Below, piece by piece: positions 12,401-19,691 of a DNA stretch of 43,719 nt (positions are counted from its first letter, which is position 1; every line of letters starts with the position of its first letter). The position numbers and the translations under genes were made by a program. Source of the DNA: a virus (lineage: Duplodnaviria; Caudoviricetes); IMG/VR virus record IMGVR_UViG_3300030382_003089, positions 1-43,719 of that record, one strand, 5' to 3'. The notes under the pieces were generated by a model. That model saw nothing but the letters and a program-made list of their open reading frames with translations. It had not been told where the DNA came from and did no database searches.

Positions 12401-12571
12401 AGGGTCCATCTGTGGAATCACATTAGCTTCAAACGCTGCACGATAATCATACTTGTGTTCTGCGTGATCTGGATCAGGATGAAGCCCTAATTTTGAGGAC
12501 CAACCTTTATACCATTCCTGAAATGATAATTCTCTAGAATTTGGAACTGTATTAGTTTGTGGTAATTGCAT
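3419..12571 (-). CDS. Giant polyvalent internal virion (ejected) protein, 3050 aa, with ART-like, HhH-glycosylase-like and LPD38-like domains
   Basis: ART-PolyVal-like WFGDSKVVD..YHGT..VYPVYLNIKNPL..DGII..FNPNQIK; an EEIQSDWHQ domain; GPKVG..TMDRW..AQAIIW; C-terminal VTVNFNKKG..FWNATVQG..PLPYG (LPD38-like). It lies after the tail and ejection genes. Confidence 0.8.
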   Translation of the reverse strand: MQLPQTNTVPNSRELSFQEWYKGWSSKLGLHPDPDHAEHKYDYRAAFEANVIPQMDPGDGQYHWDSQYKHDDHPNRYIEQNGQSVDTKNGSKVQQTIDDGKGAVEETFKKADQLKIKQKNYNDINDSLETLVSSMPHTVNTITKLQKNGDYSLSTAATIAAQENRKKKKKPVSTLGFMDKVAEIGTWQGLGKILPFISGIVDVGEMRTLLVAADALGDGTASEEQLKILQEYVDHAEADKNLGYMILDILHGLPSFILELGFTGSIYTGVRKAATETAKATLKKLLTKEGKEKLAKFTTEKTSGKIAREAIGVTAGASVQAVPVGATRIPAEALQRMMPGVTLNEEEELIIAGPGDSASEALIKATKGMWIEMVSERTGGAFKLAGKPVKEAVARTSLMKWWHKKFPGSSNDLFKKHVEKVGWHGMVNEYFEERVAELGRATPGIGTGDPLPDYTSEDFLKQSVAELAAFSVIPGGSYAAGRVLDKVKEEEGEKVDEAVQEAEAVASLSPKGVAGVDKEGRKVSLGKPAQLKVTRKHQEKAMDEVDAAIEAGETTEGVGVLAKHLLENNPDFDSQASLEISNEVNWVTDEFIREEYGMEPEEWYKLEGVAYEEQEGEGRIQGLGATLPPNIQKGIAKTAVQLYKGHDADTLIEEWYHEFWLNNMDAKDRQAWDAYHDKSGDTRSSEEHFGQEGRDFFFSEKMHEEAAGIRKIFENAKEAMFALFNRIRKLRGAKVPKKIQDIYKRAGIRKLGEKTGPVKPLNKKQKKMMQVRKADLRLKAKPKSKEFKSWFGDSKVVDDKGQPAVAYHGTIQDIEAFDENPLNFFTLDPQTANFYARDHRGRSKEPGTEEGGQVYPVYLNIKNPLDLTHEDIVLDLGSKRYFHEFITFIEAAMIEKGVKNWQLTQAENEDIAADAALNIQEDLKPNYDGTMKELEAQALDEVYEENSLYHYFDNNQALKKILQDKGFDGIIASEDIWQSGSDGRIFITFNPNQIKGQFNLKPTKGPKIMHQVRGKTKPTFFSQAEKVVQDKFPESMKISSVKNWLLKNQVKPEELKWLDIDKILETPAIKKHGKVTKAQLLLAINIHNIKVEDVKYTDMPDKVKFRVGDLEVYRDNELVDYTRFDPMDPVENLKMSLIENFELKKWELSGRLRMTVQSRILMHLDGTLNEEKLNKEHWGTRHYFDSQQVERKAQERISDADKRIDYLEQLIHSVKTDDFEFELEEGTSTSYSEHQLEGDHQVGDYTELLLTLPGFGKETGTHWKQSNVMAHVRFNTRLVDDKKVLFIEEIQSDWHQEGAREGYRTDPVTFNKVDLVDGTQWENENGEVVIKLLTHDKWEDGTPIYKTRNRDYKNLEAAKEAVRIDMRGKVIDAPFKGTGWIELVMKRMLRYAAENDMDAIAWTTAAQQIDRWQSNLRQNLDTIQWQKPKVKGYKNATDLLADREIPRDTPRDKIDVWLDIRFSPDDYYRQEWYERFERGDAWGRMDMESRKQWESLYPDPAMKRIWAEGKSVIINGIKDKKSVFHQSVPLEGETMINGTKVTLDRLIGKRMANKIRDDKKRTGSIEGGNLAIGGQLHKLVYDKAIPSALNKMAKRNNWGVRVKEIELSGDQGIFPKIDAAALFNATQLAQGWSPVDEQEKPSEKDIKEVYDVATELEKNPAYQIPAWIYNPNISMSYYIQKARESQKKAVGPRVSTQPAMQISGQMKKGVMEKGQPLFQVRKKEDLSLQNIPIEKLADMNAVAEYLDKRAAAIAKDLGVDLTQNTDEVRDILSDIISQEIKEEYKNEKNAIGWYGKKMAEAIDHLAKIYPELKSDPIHNQVFKITLAIRSNGAAVEDNLDFAITSYESWRENGILPEKLKRGGKERRAMEKGHKFYNDLVNDHGVEWVHDFINTKYTARDLKKAGLPQGGELADQVVMGSVVFGPKVGGGFMANVNGHFEYLTMDRWFMRLMGRLRGNLDEGKDYSVQLKRFVSMLRRSKAMMKKYGVTAKDLKDEAKMLSVAKKVQSEYAKSKLDPKTKKPKTFIPKTKLNMASNTLMNRFELHIQPTAQERIFFRAVMKEAVRKSKIRGLTVADAQAIIWFPEKRLYAKFEVGTIRGQKETNYEIEARELVKRRSDDSGRPGQLLQEVPTKKDARRGKKAKEPKQAKKPQEKVAYQVRPKRLVSKPKTKATRPLELDPESRPRLWQRNMQDSLNRLGHVMKKVEEVRPLSDEEDAYRAAELYPTASLDKINILNWNIIKGKKSLLARVVKAGYTIEEFGKYLYARHAEERNDHIAKIRDDMPDGGSGMFKDEWVEIIAEHKGDKLIEAFAEEFYEKVTRRALRERLAAGLIEQKTFDHLTGYYDNYVPLFAILDVENRSSSTGQGLSMPGGLEIKRAKGSTRKRYNPVFSALIELENIIVRAGKNVAGQKFLDIAEEFESEAWTVRRQRFKPVFDEYGEIQYMEPRFKIQDNEFAVRRNGKLYLIEINDIPLLEGLKNVGLNWNWPKAMTNLNSYFKNMLITLNLDFVWKNFFRDVPTALFNVAVKYPLKTTAKVLAKVPSAVPGVWRSARHKEKTTKWSKKYDELKSKGGRVGWFDMDNYEEHMLKLESQLKDTERSALNIKKLGKALFNLMSDINEAIESGVRLATYDTLVNEGISKDRAAQEAKNVTVNFNKKGKWGSQFNGAYWFWNATVQGGFRLASNFKKETRTRTMLLLSSPMAASMGIAIQNALTAPDEWEKKAWWERDHYFIIMKPDGNDIRYPLPYGLNIFHTIATITGELVAESIIKGTDPKDIDYGVILGRILTAANNAFSPFGDGTPLQVVAPSLLDFPAQIYEGKKFTEAPLYPAKNPFGPRNVPDWANYYHKNPPSWVSRMVTQYLAQLNFPWKKGGEIHKGKGSGKDEFGRPKDQYTDGWIDVNPITLDHAFEFIGGGLGKFIKRSIKTGMNFLKGEPTPKKDVPFIRQFLGEPDKTAAAEKRLIYEMIEYSKITTYNHVETARFKRYVWDAIRAGQLSKKQAESVDDGYGRMVPRIIRDFLQNQRRSKGINPIDFKKRKKKKKSRSTRRSQ

Positions 12572-12942
12572 TAATCAGCCACACTCACAAAAGCCATTGG
12601 AATTACATCTGGTATAAGGTGTGGCGAGAATTCAGCTTCAGCAACAAACTCACCCCATATTCTTTCACCACCCCTAACTGTTATAGGCTGTACTCCAACC
12701 CATAATACTGAATCAAAACCATCAACTACATAAGCATGGAAATATGCTGCAAATTCACCTTCGTCTATCGCATATATGAAATAATAAAAAATAGGCCGCC
12801 ATGTATTTTCACCAGCTTGCTCTGCTTCAGTGTAAAAATATACAGGATATTTATTAGTTGAATTTATTATTCTAGTCTCATGGGTCATATAATCATCGCC
12901 ACAGCTAAATAATAGTAGTAATAATAGAATTAATTTTTTCAT
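12571..12942 (-). CDS. Putative lipoprotein (123 aa)
   Basis: Signal peptide with lipobox MKKLILLLLLLFS|C. Its stop overlaps the start of the giant gene. Confidence 0.7.
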   Translation of the reverse strand: MKKLILLLLLLFSCGDDYMTHETRIINSTNKYPVYFYTEAEQAGENTWRPIFYYFIYAIDEGEFAAYFHAYVVDGFDSVLWVGVQPITVRGGERIWGEFVAEAEFSPHLIPDVIPMAFVSVAD

Positions 12943-13178
12943 TTCTCTTTTTTAAACATCTTTTGCAAGAGACTTTTATTTATCTCTTCTAGTTCAGCAT
13001 TCCTGGAATTTTCTATTACCATCAGCCTTTTATCTATAGCTTCGTAATTCATCTTTAATCCAGAGATATCAGACTTAAGAGTAAACCAAGCTGTCACCAT
13101 TGCACCAATAATCCCCACTAATTGGACTAACCAGCGGATATTTATGGTCACATTTAGCGAATCATCTACTTTCGCCAT
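12939..13178 (-). CDS. Small membrane protein with coiled coil (79 aa)
   Basis: One hydrophobic helix (WLVQLVGIIGAMVTAWF) followed by a heptad-rich segment. ATGA overlap with the lipoprotein gene. Confidence 0.65.
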   Translation of the reverse strand: MAKVDDSLNVTINIRWLVQLVGIIGAMVTAWFTLKSDISGLKMNYEAIDKRLMVIENSRNAELEEINKSLLQKMFKKEK

Positions 13179-13194
13179 TTTTTACAATCTGCCC

Positions 13195-13219
13195 AAAAAA
13201 AGGGCCTCTAATTTGCCCT
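13195..13219 (-). terminator. Possible intrinsic terminator
   Basis: Minus strand agggc-aaattagag-gccct followed by a T run, downstream of the 390-aa gene. Confidence 0.5.
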
Positions 13220-13289
13220 ACAAGGACAGATCAGGGCATGAGGCATGCCTATGTTTGCGTATATAAAATAATTTATTGAAGATATCATT

Positions 13290-14462
13290 TTACCTCCCAG
13301 CTTGCTTTATCTTATTTTTTGCGGATTCAGGTAGTTCACCATACTTTTTTAGGTACTCTAATTCGTTTTCTGTAAGAATTTGGTCAGCACTTCCAAACAT
13401 TTTATTAAGTGCTGCTATTATTCTACTAACATTTGGTAAACCTTTTTGGCCAGCAGGTACCACTTGCTGACTTGGGGTGCTTTTGCTAACGCTTTTATAT
13501 GGAACATCATACATAGCGTATAAATCTTCTGATGTCGCATTTAATGGTTGTTCATCTGGTTTAGAAACAGAAGATGGAACTCTTAGCCCCATATCTCTCA
13601 AAATATCAGCCCTGGACCTTGATTCATCTATACCACCATGAGTTGGGTCCCTGTACTCTGGATATTCTATTTTAGATAAACCCAATCTCGCTCTTATAAC
13701 ATTTGACCTATCAACCAAATCTCTTAAGCCTCTCATCCTAGCTTCATTGGTTAATGTATATTGTGCTTTTTCTTCATCCGATAAATTTTCCCAATTTGAT
13801 GGTGGAGTGTGCAGCACTTGCATTTTACGAATCTCTTTTTCAAGATCAGCTAATTGTTCTTCATCACCTGGTCCTGGGTCTTCAGGTATATCCTGATAAT
13901 CTGGATAAGTAATTTCTTCCATGCCTAATGCTCTACGCATTTTATTCTGCTCATCAACATTTTTACGCAGCCTACGCATCTTAGCTTCATTAGGAAGGCC
14001 CCACTGCGCCCTCTGTTCATCAGTCATTTCATTCCAGTTAGTTGGCCTTTTTGATATCTGCGGCATTCCAGCTAATGCTTTTTCTAAGTCTGTAAGTTTT
14101 CCTTTCTTTAACCCCTTATCCTTAGCTGACCAAATACCCATTTGAGTTTCCATCCACTCTGCATGTGGGTCCGTCTTTTCCTTACCTTTAAATAAACTTG
14201 CTAAACCTGATACACCTGCTGATACACCTTTCTGTATTTTACCTGGTATATGATCAGGGGTAACATATCCTGGGTCCTGCTGTTTAGGTCTATTTTCTTT
14301 ATCCCATCTTTTAAGTTTCATCATTAGATTTAAAAAATTAGCCCTTCTCTGTTCCTTTTCAAAGTCAGTGGGTTTAGGCTTTGCTGATCCATCATAATCC
14401 CAACCCCATGAATGCTTTTTCGAAGATGGTTTACTCGGTCCAGATTTTAGTCCTTCTGGCAT
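13290..14462 (-). CDS. Putative internal virion/ejection protein with a duplicated ~70-aa domain (390 aa)
   Basis: Charged, helical composition, position between the tail genes and the giant protein, and a clear internal repeat. Confidence 0.6.
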   Translation of the reverse strand: MPEGLKSGPSKPSSKKHSWGWDYDGSAKPKPTDFEKEQRRANFLNLMMKLKRWDKENRPKQQDPGYVTPDHIPGKIQKGVSAGVSGLASLFKGKEKTDPHAEWMETQMGIWSAKDKGLKKGKLTDLEKALAGMPQISKRPTNWNEMTDEQRAQWGLPNEAKMRRLRKNVDEQNKMRRALGMEEITYPDYQDIPEDPGPGDEEQLADLEKEIRKMQVLHTPPSNWENLSDEEKAQYTLTNEARMRGLRDLVDRSNVIRARLGLSKIEYPEYRDPTHGGIDESRSRADILRDMGLRVPSSVSKPDEQPLNATSEDLYAMYDVPYKSVSKSTPSQQVVPAGQKGLPNVSRIIAALNKMFGSADQILTENELEYLKKYGELPESAKNKIKQAGR

Positions 14463-15145
14463 TATGGGCCTCCTCCTGTTTGACCAGCTAATTGCATTAA
14501 CTGAATTAATATTGCTGGGTCCATATCTGGGTTATCTTTTTGAAATGTTTCCAGAAATGTACCCCACTTCTTTTCCTCTTCTTTACTTAAGAAAAATTGT
14601 GCTAAATCACTTATTCCTTGAACACCCTCTTTGTTTCTTGCATCTTTCTCATACCAACTCTGAAGCTGTTGATTATACTTATTCATTTCATCCTGGTGAG
14701 CAGTTCTGCTGCGGTACTTACCATATTCCCCAAGTTTATCTTCAGCGGAATCTTTCCTATCCTGGTTTATCTTTGCTATCTTCCTTGCAGTCTCAGCCAT
14801 GCTAACCGCGTATGCCATATCAGCATTGCCCTGCATTTCATTAATAACACCAGAACCTTCAATACCCTGACCAATACCCCTACCAGCTATATTTGTTTTA
14901 GCTAAATCTGCTGCAGGTGCAATAGCCCTGGATGAATCGCTCATCATCATTTGCTGCTGTTGTCCAGTTAAACCAGTATTTGCTTGTTGTTGCAAATTTT
15001 TAATGTAACTGTTTTCCCATACAGATGGATTATATCCTGGGACCGATGGCTTTTTACTATGACCACCTTTTTTAAATAGCCAATCATAACCTTGTTTTAT
15101 TACTGGAGCCCACTGGGCGATCTTTGCAACTGCTTCTACAGACAT
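14462..15145 (-). CDS. Putative DNA ejection/pilot protein (227 aa)
   Basis: Q/A/G/M-rich helical protein (AGRGIGQGIEGSG) at the canonical position of podoviral ejection proteins. Confidence 0.55.
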   Translation of the reverse strand: MSVEAVAKIAQWAPVIKQGYDWLFKKGGHSKKPSVPGYNPSVWENSYIKNLQQQANTGLTGQQQQMMMSDSSRAIAPAADLAKTNIAGRGIGQGIEGSGVINEMQGNADMAYAVSMAETARKIAKINQDRKDSAEDKLGEYGKYRSRTAHQDEMNKYNQQLQSWYEKDARNKEGVQGISDLAQFFLSKEEEKKWGTFLETFQKDNPDMDPAILIQLMQLAGQTGGGP

Positions 15146-15149
15146 AATT

Positions 15150-15407
15150 CTATCCTACCTTTATTCCTGTTAATTTGTATAGTGAGCCATCAACTTTAAA
15201 GTATAGCCTACCCTCATCAGTAGAAGGTGATCCTGGTAACTCACTGTCTTTACCAACAACAGAAAAAGCAAACTCACCATCATTTAAATTAGATGAGGAC
15301 AATGATCCAGTTCTAAATTCTATAGGAGGCGTTTCTTGGACTTTACGATTCAATCGCTTTAATGTTTTTTCTGTATTCTTATCTTTACTCTTAGGCGTTA
15401 TACTCAT
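15150..15407 (-). CDS. Small tail protein (85 aa)
   Basis: Overlaps the upstream tail gene. C-terminal GRLYFKVDG beta motif. Confidence 0.5.
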   Translation of the reverse strand: MSITPKSKDKNTEKTLKRLNRKVQETPPIEFRTGSLSSSNLNDGEFAFSVVGKDSELPGSPSTDEGRLYFKVDGSLYKLTGIKVG

Positions 15408-15975
15408 GCTCGATCTCCATTTTATTTATTTCTATATCATTTGACGATGTAGATGACGATACCTCTACTGCCATATATTTTGCTCTTCTTCCAATTTTGA
15501 AAGAATCGTATGGATAATTTGCATAATGAATAGTGACTCCAGAATTGTGGATAGCTGCTGTCGTGCCACGCATTCCTCTCTGGACTCTATGGAATGCTGG
15601 TGCAGTATCCCCAACATCCACTATTTTCATAATTTCTGAATCAGCTTTTATCCAATCTCCACTTTTTAATGATCCGACTGATGCTGTCATTAATATCGTA
15701 TCAGTTGCAGAATTCCAACCTACAACAGTAGTTGTTAACCCAGTTGATCCATCATTTGCTCTCAGAGTAACTGTCTTTACTGGATTGGTACTATCTCCGT
15801 CTACATAAACCTTCACTGTAATATCATCACCACTTTTATACCTTGCATTAATTCTTCTTACAAAAGCACTCCTGGATAAATCTTGTGATATAGAAAACCA
15901 TCCAGTCTTTCTTAATGTTGACAATGTTTCGCTTTCAGTGGTCGGATTAAATTCTCTTATCTTTGCATTACCCAT
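15391..15975 (-). CDS. Stand-alone tail nozzle C-terminal-like domain with an inserted beta domain (194 aa)
   Basis: IREF..RKTGW..RRINARY..VYVDGD..KIGRRAK..IE aligns by eye to the C-terminus of the 730-aa neighbour. The insert GDWIKADSEIM..VQRGMRGTTAAIH is a recurring phage structural motif. Confidence 0.6.
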   Translation of the reverse strand: MGNAKIREFNPTTESETLSTLRKTGWFSISQDLSRSAFVRRINARYKSGDDITVKVYVDGDSTNPVKTVTLRANDGSTGLTTTVVGWNSATDTILMTASVGSLKSGDWIKADSEIMKIVDVGDTAPAFHRVQRGMRGTTAAIHNSGVTIHYANYPYDSFKIGRRAKYMAVEVSSSTSSNDIEINKMEIEHEYNA

Positions 15976-18160
15976 TATCTATTTCTACACCTATATCTTC
16001 AATGCTAGTATTCGAATTTGTACTAGCATCAGTTCCAACTTCTAACATAAAAAACTTTGCTCGCTGTCCTATTCTTATACTCTTATTTGTTGTCTCCTGA
16101 CCTGTTGCAGCAGCTATAGTTTTAGACCAGACTGGATTCGTATTATCACCGTCTATATATATTTTAACATTTAATGGGTCCGAAGAATTGTACTCAACAT
16201 TCAATCTTCTAAGTATAGACTTTTTATTTAGATTATCTGAAGCTGTTAGCCAACCAGTTTTCCTGACCGTACCAAATGATTCTGTACCGCTACTTGAAAA
16301 TTCTCTTACTCTACAACTATGGACCAGGCCAGCAGTTACTGATTCAATAAACTGAGCAACATCAGTATTTGTTCTATATACCAGATTATCAAAGTTTGTT
16401 GTAATGCTCTCAGTGAAAGCAAGTGCTTCTTGTATTATCCTATTCCATTGACTTACTATTGCAGTTACATCATCATCAGCAAAATTCACCTGATCCGTTG
16501 GCGTAGGCATATGGCCCCAGATTCTTGGTACGCCAGAAACCACTTCATGGAAAGATATGTTTTCTAATTCATCAAACTGATACTTCCATAGTGACTTTAG
16601 ATCAGCTATGTTTTCAGTTAAAATAGAATCATCAGTATTAGTAACAAATGTTGCCCAAGTCCTTTTTTCAGCAAAGATAATATCATCGCTAAATGTTGTA
16701 GCCTCATCAATAACTAATGGTTCCGTTTTTAAGAAAATAACCGATTCTGTAAATACACTTCCATCTGTAGCAGTAATGAGAGTTATCCAATCTCTTATCT
16801 CAGTAGTAATAATATCATCGCTGAATGTGGTAATATCATCAAATAAATAATTATGTTTCCATACAGATTTTAGATCAACAACGCTTTCAGTGAATTGAGA
16901 AACATCAGCTTCCTCTAATCTCCACTGTACATTCTTTTGTATTAATACCTGGTCTACAGAAAAACTTGTTTCATCGGATATGCTCTGTATATGTTTATAA
17001 GTAAGCGTCTGAAACGATACATCATCCTCACTAAATGTGGTTTCATCAGCATATATTTTACCTCTTATTAGTACAGAAGAAATATTATCCACAGAGAAAG
17101 CAGATTCATCAGTAAATGATTTTATTGCCTTATAAGTCCTTAAACTTGTTGTTACACTATCGCCAGAAAAGGTTGATTCATCGGCTGCGGTTTGTATCGT
17201 CTTATATGCTCTTTTAATTGTCGATACATCATCATTAGTAAAAGTAGATACATCAGCTAATGTTTGTATTACTTTCCAGGTCCTTGGCTCAGTAGATACA
17301 TTATCATGGATGAAGAGCATTGACTCTTCCCAATCCTCTAAGTGTTTATAAGTAACTTTTAATACTGATATTGTTTCGCCAGGAAATGAAATAGCATCGC
17401 TTGGCGTTTCTAAAACTTTATATATACTGGAAACAGCAGCTATGGATTCTGTCCAATCTATTCCATCAGTAGGTGATTCCAGTTTCTTGTATATTAATTG
17501 TTCACTAAGTACCGTATCAGTGAATAATGTTTCATCAGAATAAGACTTAGCGCGAGCAACATAAAACGAAACTGTGTCAGCAGAAAATGTTGTTGCTTCA
17601 GTTGCTGTTTCCGATAACTTAAATACTCTTGTATCTGTAGCTACAGAATCTGTTGAAAATGTAGTAGCATCAGTTGGTAACTGAGATCGCTGTACAAAGA
17701 ATAATACTTCATCTCTCCAAAACTGAAGGGCATCATCGCCTATTTTTGTTATTTTCCATTCTAAAGGTTCCGTAATAACTGTCTCAGAAAATAAAGTAGC
17801 ATCAGTAGTTATAAGCTGTCTGTAATCATAAATCTGAAAATTGGAACTGTAATCATGTATTGTTCCTAATACCTCTATTATCTTTATTTGATATTCGTCA
17901 TCGCTGCCGCTTAACTGGCTTCCATATACGGTCCAACTATAACTACCATCATTTGGTGTGCTTGATGCAATTGTTGCAGTTTTAGAATTTGAACCATCAT
18001 ATAATTCAATTTTAACATTTCCAATAGTACCAGTAGTGGTCCAGGTAATGTTAACAGTGTCACCATGATATAAAACAGTAGAAGATGTTGGGTTCGTGAC
18101 TGTTATTGATGCAGGTTCACGAATTTCAAATGTGCTTGAATTTTTATAGAAAGTTGGCAT
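15968..18160 (-). CDS. Fibre-like virion protein: N-terminal Ig-like domain, ~25-aa repeat shaft, nozzle-like C-terminal domain (730 aa)
   Basis: ITVTNP...GDTVNITW...VKIELY...NDGSYSWTV (Kre9/GPI-anchored-type Ig-like pattern), then roughly 20 D/E-x-T-x-F-S/T-x-D/E-x-V/I repeats. Confidence 0.7.
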   Translation of the reverse strand: MPTFYKNSSTFEIREPASITVTNPTSSTVLYHGDTVNITWTTTGTIGNVKIELYDGSNSKTATIASSTPNDGSYSWTVYGSQLSGSDDEYQIKIIEVLGTIHDYSSNFQIYDYRQLITTDATLFSETVITEPLEWKITKIGDDALQFWRDEVLFFVQRSQLPTDATTFSTDSVATDTRVFKLSETATEATTFSADTVSFYVARAKSYSDETLFTDTVLSEQLIYKKLESPTDGIDWTESIAAVSSIYKVLETPSDAISFPGETISVLKVTYKHLEDWEESMLFIHDNVSTEPRTWKVIQTLADVSTFTNDDVSTIKRAYKTIQTAADESTFSGDSVTTSLRTYKAIKSFTDESAFSVDNISSVLIRGKIYADETTFSEDDVSFQTLTYKHIQSISDETSFSVDQVLIQKNVQWRLEEADVSQFTESVVDLKSVWKHNYLFDDITTFSDDIITTEIRDWITLITATDGSVFTESVIFLKTEPLVIDEATTFSDDIIFAEKRTWATFVTNTDDSILTENIADLKSLWKYQFDELENISFHEVVSGVPRIWGHMPTPTDQVNFADDDVTAIVSQWNRIIQEALAFTESITTNFDNLVYRTNTDVAQFIESVTAGLVHSCRVREFSSSGTESFGTVRKTGWLTASDNLNKKSILRRLNVEYNSSDPLNVKIYIDGDNTNPVWSKTIAAATGQETTNKSIRIGQRAKFFMLEVGTDASTNSNTSIEDIGVEIDNG

Positions 18161-18462
18161 TATTCTACAGCATCCTGGTATTTCATTCTAAGTCTATATG
18201 CATCTCCATAGTTAGCATACGAATTAGCTAAAGTTACCTGCTTTGAACCTGTAGTAACGCTGACTGCACCACTGTATAGTGTTGATATATCGTTCCAACT
18301 ATTCCCATCATAATATTGCAGTTTAATTTCATTGACTACCCAACTACCAAGCCCACCACTACACATACCATTATTATTCCAGGTTACAGTTATAGTGTCT
18401 CCAGGGTCATACGCTGAAGTACTGGATGGGCTGCTAACTTGCGTTATGGTGCAATAAGGCAT
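18160..18462 (-). CDS. Small Ig-like domain protein (100 aa)
   Basis: SP.....GDTITVTW...IKLQY...YRLRM parallels the Ig-like domain of the next gene. Confidence 0.55.
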   Translation of the reverse strand: MPYCTITQVSSPSSTSAYDPGDTITVTWNNNGMCSGGLGSWVVNEIKLQYYDGNSWNDISTLYSGAVSVTTGSKQVTLANSYANYGDAYRLRMKYQDAVE

Positions 18463-18463
18463 A

Positions 18464-19162
18464 TTACCCTATTGTAATTGTCCATGTAACTTTTAAAATA
18501 TCTTCAACAGCCATAGTGAAATCAGCAGGGTTCGCAGTAGCAAACTCTCCCGATCCTGCCTGTCCACCAGTAGTAACAAAACCAGCAGTCAAGCTAGTGT
18601 ATACTGGTGCATAATATTTTCCAATAAATAATTCACTTACAGAAGTAGAACCTCCATCTGCATATCCACCAGCCCCAGTAGAATCGGCACCACCTGTCCA
18701 TTCAGCCTGAGCGATCCATTGAGCCTGGTTTGCGCTTGGCTGAGTTGTGGATGTTTGGTCCCAAAGTAGAAAATCCTGCACATTGCCCCAGGTACCAGAA
18801 GAAGTCTGAGACACAAAACCAGTGACATCATTCACTCTAGCAAAAATACCATCCTTACCATGCTGCTGGGTTTGTACTGTACCAGCGTGAGCCGATGTTG
18901 TATTAGACCAGCCTGGATGCTGCTGTGGAAACCATACCCCTCCAGTGCCTGATGCATGATTTAGGGTGAAGTCTGTATCACCACTACTGCTATGCATTTC
19001 CGCATTAATCTTTTTTAAAAGATCAACATGGATCGCGTTTTCAAGAACCTGGTCCACTAATGGTTCCATTTGAGCAACATCCTCAGGATGGTATACCTTA
19101 ATATCACATAGACCATGTAAGTCTACATTGCTAATTGTGTTTATATTATAATTACTATGCAT
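18464..19162 (-). CDS. Tail/fibre-associated structural protein (232 aa)
   Basis: G/T/S-rich. The C-terminal DILKVTWTITIG is shared with the upstream 170-aa gene. Confidence 0.6.
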   Translation of the reverse strand: MHSNYNINTISNVDLHGLCDIKVYHPEDVAQMEPLVDQVLENAIHVDLLKKINAEMHSSSGDTDFTLNHASGTGGVWFPQQHPGWSNTTSAHAGTVQTQQHGKDGIFARVNDVTGFVSQTSSGTWGNVQDFLLWDQTSTTQPSANQAQWIAQAEWTGGADSTGAGGYADGGSTSVSELFIGKYYAPVYTSLTAGFVTTGGQAGSGEFATANPADFTMAVEDILKVTWTITIG

Positions 19163-19170
19163 ATTTTCTC

Positions 19171-19683
19171 CTAGTTGTCTGCTATTGTCATGGTCCAGGT
19201 AATATTTAACTGATCACCATCTACTAATGATATTGGATTATTTGCTAATGGTGAACCTGATTGAAATGTGTGGTCACTAAAGGCCACATCAAATTCTTTA
19301 CTGGTTGTATTATATTTATTTCCCAGGTGGCAGGTAGGCAGCGTATAACTTCCCGCTGCTCTTAAAATACCCTTCATTGTAAATGTATAATCACCAGAAG
19401 ACACAAGACTACATTCCGTCTGATACCGAACTGGTGTAGGACTGGTATTGTCCTTAACAAATATCCCAGATGAATTTGCTGATGGACTTGTAAAATCATC
19501 ATCATTCATCAAACTTGTTGTACACCCAAAATTTGTTGTGTCAGCCTGAAGGGCATCTGTTATCTTATTTTTTATTGAGGAATTAACTGTATTGTTACCC
19601 TCTCTGATTTCTCTCACAGTTCCATCTTTACTGATCACTTCGATGCTTACCACACCTTTTGAGAGTATATTGTCACTATACAT
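19171..19683 (-). CDS. Tail/fibre-associated structural protein (170 aa)
   Basis: KGVVSIEV...GNNTV N-terminus and GDQLNITWTMTI C-terminus, as in collar/fibre-base proteins. AGGAG RBS. Confidence 0.6.
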   Translation of the reverse strand: MYSDNILSKGVVSIEVISKDGTVREIREGNNTVNSSIKNKITDALQADTTNFGCTTSLMNDDDFTSPSANSSGIFVKDNTSPTPVRYQTECSLVSSGDYTFTMKGILRAAGSYTLPTCHLGNKYNTTSKEFDVAFSDHTFQSGSPLANNPISLVDGDQLNITWTMTIADN

Positions 19684-19691
19684 ATTTTCTC

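Noticed and set aside
3419-12571. Virion RNA polymerase (N4- or crAss-like) or tape measure protein
   Set aside because: No DxDGD/DFDID or T7-type polymerase motifs were seen, and no tape-measure periodicity. The domains fit a polyvalent protein.
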